This document shows positions 25,182 to 34,607 of a stretch of 47,793 nucleotides of DNA, piece by piece. The stretch spans positions 1-47,793 of the IMG/VR virus record IMGVR_UViG_3300033407_000970. One strand, written 5' to 3'. Numbering within the stretch: position 1 is the first letter of the stretch; every line of letters begins with the position of its first letter. A model generated the notes under the pieces. The model ran no database searches. It had not been told where the DNA came from and saw nothing but the letters and a program-made list of their open reading frames with translations. The stretch comes from a virus (taxonomy: Duplodnaviria; Caudoviricetes). The translations under genes were made by a program, and so were the position numbers.

Positions 25182-26152
25182 TCGACGCCTTCGTCTCGTC
25201 GCTCCCCTACTGGCATCACATCGCCCCCATCTGGCAAGAGCTGGCCGCCCACAACCAGGCGGGAATGCTCTACTCCCTCGGCCGCACCGCCACCCTAATC
25301 GGCGCCACCCCCGGTACCCCCACCGGCGACCGCCCCGTACTCGTCGCAGCCGCCCGCGACCTCGCCCGCATCCCCAACCACACACCCGTCATCTACACCA
25401 CCCACGGTGTCGGCCAATGCTACGACGGCGTACCCAACTCGCTGATCAACACCACCCGTCAGCAGCTCGCACAGATCCGCCTCGCCCTCTCCCCCAACGA
25501 CCAATGGACAGTCAACATGCGGCGGCTCGGCGTGAACACGGTCACAGTCGGCGCCCCCAAAATGGACACCCACCCGGCACCACCTGCCCGACGTGACGGA
25601 CCCCCGAAGGTGGGGATGGTGTTCCACTGGGACCAAACCACCTACCCGGAAGCCGGGTCGGCGTTCACCGAATTCGCCCCCATGTTTGGGGAGCTCACCG
25701 CCAAGTTCGACGTGGTCGCCACGCATCATCCTCGAGCCGGATACCAGCGGTCGCATCGCCGGTCCCGTCGGAAGACCCGGGTCGACTGGTACGACGAAGC
25801 CGGGGTGCGGTTCACGGAGGATGTGGGCGACGTGCTGGCATCGTCGGATGTGCTGATAGCCGACAACACGTCCGTCCTGTTTGAGGCGGCAGCCTGTGGG
25901 TGGCCGGTCGTCGTGTTGGACTCCCGCCGGTTCCGCCGCTCAGTGGACCATGGGTTGCGGTTTTGGGAGTGGGCAGACATTGGGCCGCGGACGTCAAACC
26001 CCGACGACCTGGTAGCCATGGTTGAGAACGGCTGGGGCGACCAGACGGGTTGGTATTGGGCGCAGGACGAGATGCGTGCCGCAGTGTTCCCTCATTGGGG
26101 GGAAGCCACCAGTCGGGCCGTCACCACCATCACAGAATGGGCCGACCAGTGA
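25178..26152 (+). CDS. GT-B fold transferase (CDP-glycerol glycerophosphotransferase-like)
   Basis: HGVGQ.Y, VG.PK.D, HHPR, SDVLIADNTSVLFEAAA...PVV. Confidence 0.78.
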   Translation: MIDAFVSSLPYWHHIAPIWQELAAHNQAGMLYSLGRTATLIGATPGTPTGDRPVLVAAARDLARIPNHTPVIYTTHGVGQCYDGVPNSLINTTRQQLAQIRLALSPNDQWTVNMRRLGVNTVTVGAPKMDTHPAPPARRDGPPKVGMVFHWDQTTYPEAGSAFTEFAPMFGELTAKFDVVATHHPRAGYQRSHRRSRRKTRVDWYDEAGVRFTEDVGDVLASSDVLIADNTSVLFEAAACGWPVVVLDSRRFRRSVDHGLRFWEWADIGPRTSNPDDLVAMVENGWGDQTGWYWAQDEMRAAVFPHWGEATSRAVTTITEWADQ

Positions 26153-26334
26153 ACGTCCAAGGCTCCTACCCGCATCATCCGAAAGGGCAGCCACCCGCCA
26201 CCAACCCGAAACGGCGGGTATGTGTTGAGGACGGCTGCGACACCCGGCTGTCCCAATACAACACGGGTCTCCAATGTTGGAAGCATTCGGACTTCAAATA
26301 CCCGCGGACACGCGGTGCGACACGCAACCGATAG
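26149..26334 (+). CDS. small Cys/His protein (RVC...GC.TRLS.YN....C..H)
   Basis: GTGA overlap; zinc-binding pattern. Confidence 0.65.
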   Translation: MNVQGSYPHHPKGQPPATNPKRRVCVEDGCDTRLSQYNTGLQCWKHSDFKYPRTRGATRNR

Positions 26335-26355
26335 GCGGACGGTTACAATCCCGGT

Positions 26356-26817
26356 GTGACCTACCTTGACCGGCACGGCCAGCCGCTCCGATGGCATCGC
26401 ACCGTCTGTTGCGACTGGGAAGCCTACGACCATCAAGTGTTCGGCATCCACCAGCACGACCTGGCGGGCAACCGGATCGACCCCACCCGCACGCCGTCCC
26501 GCCTCGTCGAACCCAAACCGGTCGGCGGATATGCGGTAGGCCCCGCCACCAAATACGTGTGGTTCGAATTCCTCACCCTATGCCGACTCACCGGCATGGC
26601 ACCCACCACCACCGACGTGGAATGCTGCCACTGCCACCAGACCGTGTCGGTTGGGCAGGCGTGGTCGGCGGTCGCGGTCGACCAGGCAGGGAAACCCCGC
26701 TCCGGGTTTTTGCACTGCGGCAAATGCCGACTCCTACTCGGTGCGGGCACCGCCTGGCATGCCGCGCATGGTGAAACCGCGAAACCCGTCCCCGATTCGG
26801 CTAGCATCCGAGGCTAA
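26356..26817 (+). CDS. hypothetical protein with CxxC pairs
   Basis: TACAAT 6 nt upstream of GTG; CCHC...CGKC. Confidence 0.55.
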   Translation: MTYLDRHGQPLRWHRTVCCDWEAYDHQVFGIHQHDLAGNRIDPTRTPSRLVEPKPVGGYAVGPATKYVWFEFLTLCRLTGMAPTTTDVECCHCHQTVSVGQAWSAVAVDQAGKPRSGFLHCGKCRLLLGAGTAWHAAHGETAKPVPDSASIRG

Positions 26818-26820
26818 CTC

Positions 26821-27762
26821 ATGGCGACCATCGGCATCCGCACCCCCATCACCCCCCCAGCACAGTATCCGTGGCGGGTCGGCCTCCAAGGCGCCGCCGC
26901 CGCGCTCGGCTCGTTCGCCGACAATGACGACGGCCCGTGGACACAAGGCGTCTCCTACCGCCGCCAACTGCCCTACCTGCGGATCGAGGATGCGGTCGGG
27001 CCGGGGTCGTGGATCGCCTGCCCCGTCAACGCCAACGAAGTGGACGAAACCGGACAGGACGTTAAGGCGGTCCGCCGCGACGTCGGCGGCGATATTGAGT
27101 GGGACCCGTATCCGATCTACGACGGCGACGGCTGCACCACATTGGACTCCAGCTTTGAGGAAGCATCCGAACGGTCATCCACGTCGCTCAGACGGCAGTC
27201 GTCCCACCTCGTCGAAAACGTCCTATGGACCGGCCAGGTCAACGGCCTGGACTTCACCGCCAACCACCCCAACACGGCGTTGGCGTCCGCGGACGCTGCC
27301 ACCCCCAACGGGACCACCCCCCTCGGTGTCGTCTCCGCCATGTCACTCATGGTCGAAACGTTGGCCGACACGCTCGGCGGCCTGCGCGGCATGATCCACG
27401 TCCCCGCCGAACTGTTGCCGTTCCTCGACTTTTACGGCCAGGTACAACGGGAAGGCAACGCCCTCCTCACCTACGCCGCCGACCATCACCTTGTCGCCGG
27501 GACCGGCTATCCGGGCACCGACCCCGACGGAGCATCCGAGGCGGGGGTCATGTGGATTTACGGTACGTCGCCGGTCGCGCTCCTATATTCGACCGTGTAC
27601 GTGCCGTCCGAGTCGCCCCGCTATTCGGCGTACGACCGGAGCCTGAACGACGTTGACGTGGTCGCCGAACGCATGGCGCTAGCCCATTTCGACCGGTCGG
27701 CCCATATTGGTATCGCCGTGTGTGTCCCCGACCCGGGACCTGATTGCCCGGCCACATCATGA
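26821..27762 (+). CDS. Major capsid pentamer protein (cluster-B-like)
   Basis: W..GV.Y, P..IY....C, VE..LWTG, G.IH.P, VAGTGYPG, WIYGT.PV, AER. Confidence 0.72.
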   Translation: MATIGIRTPITPPAQYPWRVGLQGAAAALGSFADNDDGPWTQGVSYRRQLPYLRIEDAVGPGSWIACPVNANEVDETGQDVKAVRRDVGGDIEWDPYPIYDGDGCTTLDSSFEEASERSSTSLRRQSSHLVENVLWTGQVNGLDFTANHPNTALASADAATPNGTTPLGVVSAMSLMVETLADTLGGLRGMIHVPAELLPFLDFYGQVQREGNALLTYAADHHLVAGTGYPGTDPDGASEAGVMWIYGTSPVALLYSTVYVPSESPRYSAYDRSLNDVDVVAERMALAHFDRSAHIGIAVCVPDPGPDCPATS

Positions 27763-28325
27763 TCGACATTCGTCCCATCCCCGAACCTGTCCTCTCAGAC
27801 CCGACGGTGCGAGCTCGGTTCGTCAAGCGGATCATGGGTCGGATCGACTGGCCCGCCGACGCGGCCGGGTGTTGGATCTGGCAGGGACAGAAACACCACT
27901 TCGGGCATGGCAACACCGGCTACCGCGACGAGAACGGCCTCACCAACTACATGGTTCACCGGATCATGTACGCCTGGTGGTACGGCGACACCGACCTGAT
28001 TCTCGACCACCTTTGCAACAGGCCGTCGTGTGTGAACCCGATGCACCTCAACCCGTGCACCCAGTACGAGAACAACGCCCGATCCGAAACGTCGATCACA
28101 GCGGTCAACGCTCGGAAGACGCATTGCATCCACGGCCACCCGTTCGACGACGAGAATACGTACTGGCATACACGGGCCGACGGGCGACGGCGGCGCTCCT
28201 GTAGAGAATGTCAGCGGCAACGGTCCGCGGTGGAGAACGCCAAGCGAAAAGCCAAGAGACACGCCGCCAAGCGGCAAGCCATGTATAGTGGCCACCAGAT
28301 GGAGGAACAGACACCATGGCAATGA
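27759..28325 (+). CDS. Free-standing HNH homing endonuclease
   Basis: CWIWQG, VHR, LDHLCNRPSCVNP.HL...T..EN, KTHC.HGH, C.EC. Confidence 0.9.
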   Translation: MIDIRPIPEPVLSDPTVRARFVKRIMGRIDWPADAAGCWIWQGQKHHFGHGNTGYRDENGLTNYMVHRIMYAWWYGDTDLILDHLCNRPSCVNPMHLNPCTQYENNARSETSITAVNARKTHCIHGHPFDDENTYWHTRADGRRRRSCRECQRQRSAVENAKRKAKRHAAKRQAMYSGHQMEEQTPWQ

Positions 28326-29002
28326 ATGGTTGCTTCACCGCTTTCGGCGTATGCGCGATCCGTGTGTCCGAACTCGACGACGACGGCTCCCGTATCTGCC
28401 CCAACGTCAACGGCAGCGCCTTTGACCTGTCCCCCGTGTCGTTCACCGCCACCGCTGAGGTGACGACTGGTGAAACGTTCGAACAGCGTGACGGTTGCGG
28501 CCGCATATGCTCGGTGGTCCGCACACCGGATGAGACGACCGGCTACTCCGGCAGCCTCGAGATCTGCAACCAGGATTTCGAACTGGTCATCATCCTGGGC
28601 AACGGGTCGTTCGAAGCGATCACCAGTGGTGGGGAGACGATCGGTTTCAACCAGATCCCACAGGCCCCCGAGCCGGTCGAGTTCAACCTGTGGCAGCAGG
28701 TTTACAGTGGCAACTCGCCGGCGTCCGGGAACAACGCCTACCTGCGGCATGTGTTGCCGTATTCGCAGTGGAACCTGTCGGACTGGTCGGCGGAGGCTGG
28801 GCAGAACACGGTGACGATCAACTTCACGTCGGCGTCCTCGTCGGCGGTTTTCGATGGCACGTTCGAGGATTTCGCCGTCGACCTCAACGACTCGTTGTAT
28901 GCGAGGTGGTTGGAGGGGACGATCCCGGACATCGCGGACGAACCGTATGCGTCGACGGTGGGTTGCGGGTTCATCGACTCCCCGTCCTGCGCGGCTTCCT
29001 GA
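28316..29002 (+). CDS. Major tail (tube) protein
   Basis: IRVSELD..G, GE.F.Q....G..C, LEIC..D, E..LW, Y..HVLP as in cluster-B-like tail tubes; GGAGG SD. Confidence 0.8.
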   Translation: MAMNGCFTAFGVCAIRVSELDDDGSRICPNVNGSAFDLSPVSFTATAEVTTGETFEQRDGCGRICSVVRTPDETTGYSGSLEICNQDFELVIILGNGSFEAITSGGETIGFNQIPQAPEPVEFNLWQQVYSGNSPASGNNAYLRHVLPYSQWNLSDWSAEAGQNTVTINFTSASSSAVFDGTFEDFAVDLNDSLYARWLEGTIPDIADEPYASTVGCGFIDSPSCAAS

Positions 29003-29033
29003 TCCGAATCCACTGGTCAACGGTGATGGTGTG

Positions 29034-29066
29034 GGCGTCCTCCACTGTGGGGGGGCGCCTTTCCTT
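29034..29066 (+). terminator. Intrinsic terminator after tail tube gene
   Basis: ggcgtcctcc...ggggggcgcc stem followed by tttcctt. Confidence 0.6.
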
Positions 29067-29095
29067 GTAGGATGCTGACATGACAGAGGAGCCTG

Positions 29096-30871
29096 ATGCC
29101 AATATGGGCTGACGCGGTTTTCGTTTGGAACCCGGGCGACGCCGTCATCCGCCCGTTCGACGAAGTGACCAGCACCTCGTCTGACGTTGCGGTGACTGAG
29201 GGCACGTTCGTTTCGACACCCCGCGACGGCCGCACGTATACGGGTAATCAAGGGTCGCGGTTCGCTTTGGCGTCGATTCCCAACGATTCTGATTTCACAC
29301 TCATGTGCGCTGTCCGGTCACCAACAGGATCTGAAGCCGTATACGGGTTGTGGACTGGCGACAAGGACTCGGATCGCAAGTGGGCTCGGATCGCGCAGAA
29401 CAATACGTTGAACGCGACCGCCACTCTTTTCTCCGATTACCGGGGGTCGTCGACGACGATCCGGGCCAACGGTTGGCCAGTCGGCGAATGGGACGACAAC
29501 ACATCGTCGACCGCGATCCGTGTCCTCGTGGCCCGGTACAACTATGACGCCGGATTGGACATGTATTCGGTGGAGCTGTTCGCTGATGGCGCCTATCTGG
29601 CGTCCGGGTTCGAAACTAAGGGGGCGGTCATCGACATCGATCGGATCTCGGTTGGCTGGGTCGACGACTTCAACCAGCAGGCGGACAGTAATGGTGGTCA
29701 AGTGTTCGCCGCGGCGGCTTGGGCGAGGGCGTTGACAGACGCCGAAATGCGGGCCATATCGTCTGACCCGTACTCGTATCCGACCGACCCGTCAGATCCC
29801 GGATGGGAAACCGGGGTGGACGAATGGTCTGGCTGCCGGTTCTACTACGACCCGAACCATGGAAGCCGGTCCGCCGACCGGGCGTCGGGTAGCGGCTTGT
29901 GCACGACAGCTTTGACAGACGGGACAGAAGTCACCGTCCTGACGATCGACGGCCGGGAGTACAACGGTGCGGTGGGTGCCCGTTGGGAAAAGGCGATCAT
30001 CGACCAGTTCGACTTGGACTCTCCGTCAACGCAAATGGCTGTAGTGCGGATGACGGCGGGAACGTCGAAGGGGTCGGCTGTTTGGCATGGAGCTCGTGAC
30101 TCTGATCGCCGCTGGTATACGTCGGGTCGTCACACTGATGGTGGCGCAGACGCCACGTGGGAGGCGGCTGCCCGCCGGTCGTCGACCACCCCCGGCGGGG
30201 CGAACTGGCCGATAGCCCAGGTTGCCGACGCTGACGACACTGACATTCATGTGATCGTCGCCAGGATTGACGGCGCCGGTTCGGCGGAAATATTCGTCGA
30301 CAACTTCGCTACGACAGGCACCGACGGACCCGAAACGTGGAACGGCGTGAACGGGTTTTTCGACCGTATCACGGTTGGCCGTAACGACGATTCGGCTCCG
30401 ACCAGCAACGTCACGTTCCAAGTGTTCCGAGCCGCAGTGTGGGACCGGGAGTTGTCGGACGCCGAGGTGCAGGCCGTGTTGGCCGATCCGTATGGGTTTC
30501 CTGGTGCGACCGTCCCCGTCGCCCCTTCGAACCCGGCCGCGGTTGCCGTGTCAGCATCGCAGATCGACGTGACGTGGGACGACGTGGCCGACGAAACCGG
30601 CTACCGGGTAGAACGATCCCCCAACGGATCTAGCGGATGGGCCGACGTGTCCGGCAACCTGGCGGCCGGCACCACCTCGTATTCGGATACGGGCTTGACA
30701 GCGTCGACACAGTATTTCTACCGGGTGATAGCGTTCAACGGTGTCGGGGATTCGACACCGTCCACGGTGGTGAACGCCACCACCCAGGCCGCACCGGCCA
30801 CCGGCACCTCCGTACTGCCGTCGTCGCTCACCCGCAGGCTGGTCCGCCGCCGCAACGGCAACAGTCGCTAG
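29096..30871 (+). CDS. Virion decoration/adhesin protein: two LamG-like domains plus fibronectin type III
   Basis: Duplicated domain ending W.R.L.DAE; FN3 P.APSN..A..VS...I.V.W.D...ETGYRVER...Y.DTGL...TQYFYRV.AFN. Confidence 0.8.
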   Translation: MPIWADAVFVWNPGDAVIRPFDEVTSTSSDVAVTEGTFVSTPRDGRTYTGNQGSRFALASIPNDSDFTLMCAVRSPTGSEAVYGLWTGDKDSDRKWARIAQNNTLNATATLFSDYRGSSTTIRANGWPVGEWDDNTSSTAIRVLVARYNYDAGLDMYSVELFADGAYLASGFETKGAVIDIDRISVGWVDDFNQQADSNGGQVFAAAAWARALTDAEMRAISSDPYSYPTDPSDPGWETGVDEWSGCRFYYDPNHGSRSADRASGSGLCTTALTDGTEVTVLTIDGREYNGAVGARWEKAIIDQFDLDSPSTQMAVVRMTAGTSKGSAVWHGARDSDRRWYTSGRHTDGGADATWEAAARRSSTTPGGANWPIAQVADADDTDIHVIVARIDGAGSAEIFVDNFATTGTDGPETWNGVNGFFDRITVGRNDDSAPTSNVTFQVFRAAVWDRELSDAEVQAVLADPYGFPGATVPVAPSNPAAVAVSASQIDVTWDDVADETGYRVERSPNGSSGWADVSGNLAAGTTSYSDTGLTASTQYFYRVIAFNGVGDSTPSTVVNATTQAAPATGTSVLPSSLTRRLVRRRNGNSR

Positions 30872-30880
30872 CATTGTCCC

Positions 30881-31669
30881 ATGGCCCTGTGCGCTGACTG
30901 GATCGTCGAAGCCGATTTGGACGACTGCCACACCGACGCTGCGGCAGCGTCCGCCACTATCAAAGCGCAGGCGATCACCGCCGCGTCCGAAATCCTCTAC
31001 TCGCTGTCCGGGTCGAAATGGCCGGGCGTGTGTGAGGAGACGATCCGCCCCTGCATGAACATGGGGTCGTCCTGGTTCGCTGCCATGTGGCCGTCCGCCT
31101 ATAGCTGGTGGCCCGCCGACTGGCCCACCCCACCGGCCGCCTGCCAATGTTCTAGTGGCGGCGGGTGTGGCTGTGGCGACGTCCCCCAAATATCGTTGGG
31201 TCGGGATGATGTGACCGAAGTCACCGACGTGACCATCAACGGGGTCATGCTGGCCGGCACGTCATATCGGTTGGACGAACAGTATTGGCTGGTCCGCACC
31301 GACGGGTCCGGGTGGCCATGCTGTCAGAACCTAGCCAACGATCCCGGCGAAGCCGACACGTGGACGGTCACATTCAGTTACGGGGCCGAGCCGCCCGAAG
31401 CGGGGAAACTGGCTGCCACATCGTTGGCGGCGGAACTGATTCTGGGGTGTGTCGGATCGAGCGATTGTCGCATCCCGAACCGGGCGACCACTGTCACCCG
31501 TGAGGGTGTCACGTACGCGCTGTTGGACCCGCAGCCGTTCCTCGAGCAGCGTCGCACGGGGTTGTATGAGGTGGATTTGTGGCTGGCGGCGGTGAACCCG
31601 GCGTCGAATGTGCGGCGAGCCCGCATCTTCTCCCCCGACCTGGCAGCCGCCAGGCGGGTCGCACCCTAG
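30881..31669 (+). CDS. Head-to-tail adaptor
   Basis: A..IL..LSG, IRPC, LVR.DG..WP.CQ, C.IP......R.GV, TG..EVD.W...VNP. Confidence 0.8.
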   Translation: MALCADWIVEADLDDCHTDAAAASATIKAQAITAASEILYSLSGSKWPGVCEETIRPCMNMGSSWFAAMWPSAYSWWPADWPTPPAACQCSSGGGCGCGDVPQISLGRDDVTEVTDVTINGVMLAGTSYRLDEQYWLVRTDGSGWPCCQNLANDPGEADTWTVTFSYGAEPPEAGKLAATSLAAELILGCVGSSDCRIPNRATTVTREGVTYALLDPQPFLEQRRTGLYEVDLWLAAVNPASNVRRARIFSPDLAAARRVAP

Positions 31670-31673
31670 GCTC

Positions 31674-32039
31674 CTACCGCAACGACTCCACGGTTTGCCC
31701 ACTGTCGGACATGATGTAAACGGAACCGTCGACAATGGCGACGTCGAATAGGCCCGCCCGGTTCACCCACCAGACCACGTTATAGGTCCAGCCGTCTACG
31801 TCATCCTCGCCGTCTTCGCCTTCGTGGCGCCAATCCGGGTCGCGTCGTTGATCGCCGAACAAGTCAAGATGGCCGACGGACTCCCATACGATGCCGATCT
31901 GTTTGAGGACGTCCGTTGAATGGCTACGGATCACATCGAGGGATGAGTCGTTGATAGCAATCGTCTTGTGAAAGACACGGCCGGACGCTTCGATTAGCGC
32001 CGTTTCACCAGACTGATCAGGGACGATCTTGATGATCAT
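31674..32039 (-). CDS. hypothetical protein
   Basis: AGGAGG SD, TGA-TACAAT box; C-terminal YIMSDSGQTVE. Confidence 0.65.
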   Translation of the reverse strand: MIIKIVPDQSGETALIEASGRVFHKTIAINDSSLDVIRSHSTDVLKQIGIVWESVGHLDLFGDQRRDPDWRHEGEDGEDDVDGWTYNVVWWVNRAGLFDVAIVDGSVYIMSDSGQTVESLR

Positions 32040-32098
32040 GACAGCAAACCTCCTGCTACTACTACTGGGCTGTCCCGGGCATTGTATCATGCCGGTGT

Positions 32099-32509
32099 AT
32101 GGCTTCTCAGGTTGACGGATTGAAACGGCAACTCAGACGGCAGGTCGCGGACACGATGCGACTCGCTCGCGGCTACACGGTGGCTGCGTTGCAGGACGCC
32201 GCCCCCGTCGACACCGGCGCACTGCGGGATTCGATCAGCAGTGACGAGCTCCGCCAGTCCGATTCGGAGGCGTCGTTCAAAGTGTTCACCGATGAGCCGC
32301 AAGGCGACTTCACCGAGTTCGGCACGAGGCCGCATGAGATCCGACCCCGCCCACCGAGGCGGGCGTTGGCGTTCAATGCGGGTGGCAGGCGGGTGGTTGT
32401 GGCCAGGGTGAACCATCCGGGGACGCCACGCAGGCCGTGGTTTCATCCGACCGTCCGCAAGTGGCCCGAGTTTGTGGGACGGGCGTGGCGGCAAGCATCC
32501 CGACGGTAA
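32099..32509 (+). CDS. HK97 gp10-like tail completion/neck protein
   Basis: APVDTGALRDSI, EFGTRPH.I, AL.F, VNHPGT...P. Confidence 0.82.
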   Translation: MASQVDGLKRQLRRQVADTMRLARGYTVAALQDAAPVDTGALRDSISSDELRQSDSEASFKVFTDEPQGDFTEFGTRPHEIRPRPPRRALAFNAGGRRVVVARVNHPGTPRRPWFHPTVRKWPEFVGRAWRQASRR

Positions 32510-32544
32510 ACGTGTGATAGACTGACGGTCAGGAGGTGCAACCC

Positions 32545-33342
32545 ATGACCTGGCCGCAGGACACTGTCAAACAACTACTAACCCGCCGCGGGATCGGCTG
32601 GACCGGTATCCGCCGCATCGTCGAAGTCGGATCAACAGCCCACGGCATCAGCTCCCCCGACACCGGCGACGACTTCGATTACACCGTCATCCGAGTCGAA
32701 CCGTTCGACGAGATGATCATCGGTCCCGACAGTCGCCAATCAATGATGATCCGAACCCAGCCTGACGGGATGCGGTCGCGGATGGGCGACGTCGACTTGC
32801 AGGTATACACCCTCCGCAAGTTCGCACACCTAGCAGCCAAGGGGAACCCCTCCATACTCGCCGCCATGTTCTCCCCGCTGGTCCGTCACGGTTCGCAACA
32901 CTCGGACCTGTTCGAAGAGTTGGCGTCGATCGTCGCAACGTCGGCGGCGGGTGACGCGTTCCTCGGATACACCCGCCAGCAGATCGAACGTTGGATCGGT
33001 GTGCGCGGACAGAAGAACGTCAACCGTCCCGAACTGGTCGACGCCTACGGGTTCGACACCAAATACGCGGCGCATGTGATCCGTCTCGCCCATCAGGGCA
33101 TCGAGTACATGCACACAGGCCGGTTCACGATGCCCATGCCAGACGACGTAGCGGCCGAGATCGTGTCGCTGCGGACCGGCGGATACACCGAGCATGAAGC
33201 CCTGAAGTGGGCTGCTGAGATGGAAGACGAACTCAAGGCTGCCATTGACCTTTCAACGTTGCCGCCGAAGCCTGCCGTGGCGGCGGTGAACCGTTGGCTG
33301 ATAGGCGTGTACGAGTCGGAGATGCCTGCGGTTGTAGACTGA
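32545..33342 (+). CDS. Pol-beta-superfamily nucleotidyltransferase (RNA-repair-associated type)
   Basis: VGS.AHG...D.D, Y.LRKF..LA.KGNP, GY...Q, GFDTKYA.H..RL..QG.E. Confidence 0.85.
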   Translation: MTWPQDTVKQLLTRRGIGWTGIRRIVEVGSTAHGISSPDTGDDFDYTVIRVEPFDEMIIGPDSRQSMMIRTQPDGMRSRMGDVDLQVYTLRKFAHLAAKGNPSILAAMFSPLVRHGSQHSDLFEELASIVATSAAGDAFLGYTRQQIERWIGVRGQKNVNRPELVDAYGFDTKYAAHVIRLAHQGIEYMHTGRFTMPMPDDVAAEIVSLRTGGYTEHEALKWAAEMEDELKAAIDLSTLPPKPAVAAVNRWLIGVYESEMPAVVD

Positions 33343-33346
33343 GGTC

Positions 33347-33868
33347 ATGTCAGATTTGACCGCCCACGACCTCGCCGTCACATTGGCCGCCCACCTCGAA
33401 GACTCCGCAGACGCCATCGCCGCCGACGGCGACGCCGGCTGTGCCATCGACCGGGTCGTAATAGCCGCCGGAGCACCCTCCCTCGAATCATGCAACGAAA
33501 TCGCCGTGTGGGTCAACGCCATCGGATTCGCCGACCTGCCCAACCAGTCGGCCGGAATCGAACAGACGGTGTGTGCCGGGTCGACGTGGGTCGAACTGGT
33601 GTGGCGCCTGTCCACGTGTATCACCGTTCCTAATGACGGGCGCACCCCGCCGTCGGTGACGCAGCATTTGGCGGACGCCTTGTGTTTCAACACGTATGCG
33701 TTCGGCTTGTATCAACGGTTGATGGTCGACCCGGCGGCGGCGTTGGGTGTGGGGTCGTGCAAGAAGGTGACGGCCGGTCAGTTCGATGTGAGGGTCCGGT
33801 CGGGTGGCAGGGTGTTCGGGGAGATGGCGTTGCGGGTGCAGGTGAACCTGGTACGGGCAACGTCCTAA
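33347..33868 (+). CDS. Putative tail terminator protein
   Basis: Position, size, C-terminal GG...; TAGACT 6 nt before ATG. Confidence 0.55.
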   Translation: MSDLTAHDLAVTLAAHLEDSADAIAADGDAGCAIDRVVIAAGAPSLESCNEIAVWVNAIGFADLPNQSAGIEQTVCAGSTWVELVWRLSTCITVPNDGRTPPSVTQHLADALCFNTYAFGLYQRLMVDPAAALGVGSCKKVTAGQFDVRVRSGGRVFGEMALRVQVNLVRATS

Positions 33869-33906
33869 CGTGATAGGATGACTGGTGCACGAGGAGGTGC
33901 CCAACC

Positions 33907-34131
33907 ATGATCCATCATCCGCTTCGACCGCTCCACCATCAGCGGGGCAGCAACCCGCCCCGCATCGTCGGCTACGAATGCACCGAACACGGCGAACTGT
34001 TCACCGCCACCCTTGCTCCGTCTGAGCCGATGCGGGTCATTTCTGGTGGCCAGTATGCGGCACCGCCGCGGGTGGTGGAGAACCGGTCGCATAGTCGCCG
34101 TCAGATAGCGGCGAGAGAGGGCCAGCAATGA
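33907..34131 (+). CDS. hypothetical protein
   Basis: GTGATAGGAT box and GGAGGTG SD; ATGA overlap with next gene. Confidence 0.55.
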   Translation: MIHHPLRPLHHQRGSNPPRIVGYECTEHGELFTATLAPSEPMRVISGGQYAAPPRVVENRSHSRRQIAAREGQQ

Positions 34132-34607
34132 CCAACGGTTTCGACTTCCGTCCCACCGGTGACATCGTCTACCACCGCCAGCGAGGCGACCAGCCCGCCC
34201 AGGAATGGTGGATCTACCTGCCCACCATCGGCGAACGAGAAGCCATCGACACACTCGCCGCCGAATCCCGCACCAAACTGTTGAAGATGGCCGACGACTT
34301 GGCACCCGCCGACGAAGCCAATAAGGCGCTCATCGAAGCGCAACAGGCCGGCGACGCCAAAGCTGTGACCGCGGCGAAGAAGCGGCTCGAGAAGGCGTTG
34401 GAAGACGCCGAGTATGCGCCCGCCGATTTGCAGCAGGCGATCCGCGCGTTGCCGGTGGAGTGGTTCGCGAAGGTAGTCGAACTGTGCGGCGCCGGGTGGC
34501 CGACCGAACGGGGCGACTGGCCGTCGATCGTCCGCAGCTCTGAGCTGACGAAGAAGATCACGGAGCATTGGAACAACACCCCTTTGGGGGTGTCCGGGAC
34601 CGTCTAG
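34128..34607 (+). CDS. Tail assembly chaperone (G)
   Basis: Helical 159-aa ORF before tape measure with slippery site near its 3' end. Confidence 0.7.
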   Translation: MTNGFDFRPTGDIVYHRQRGDQPAQEWWIYLPTIGEREAIDTLAAESRTKLLKMADDLAPADEANKALIEAQQAGDAKAVTAAKKRLEKALEDAEYAPADLQQAIRALPVEWFAKVVELCGAGWPTERGDWPSIVRSSELTKKITEHWNNTPLGVSGTV

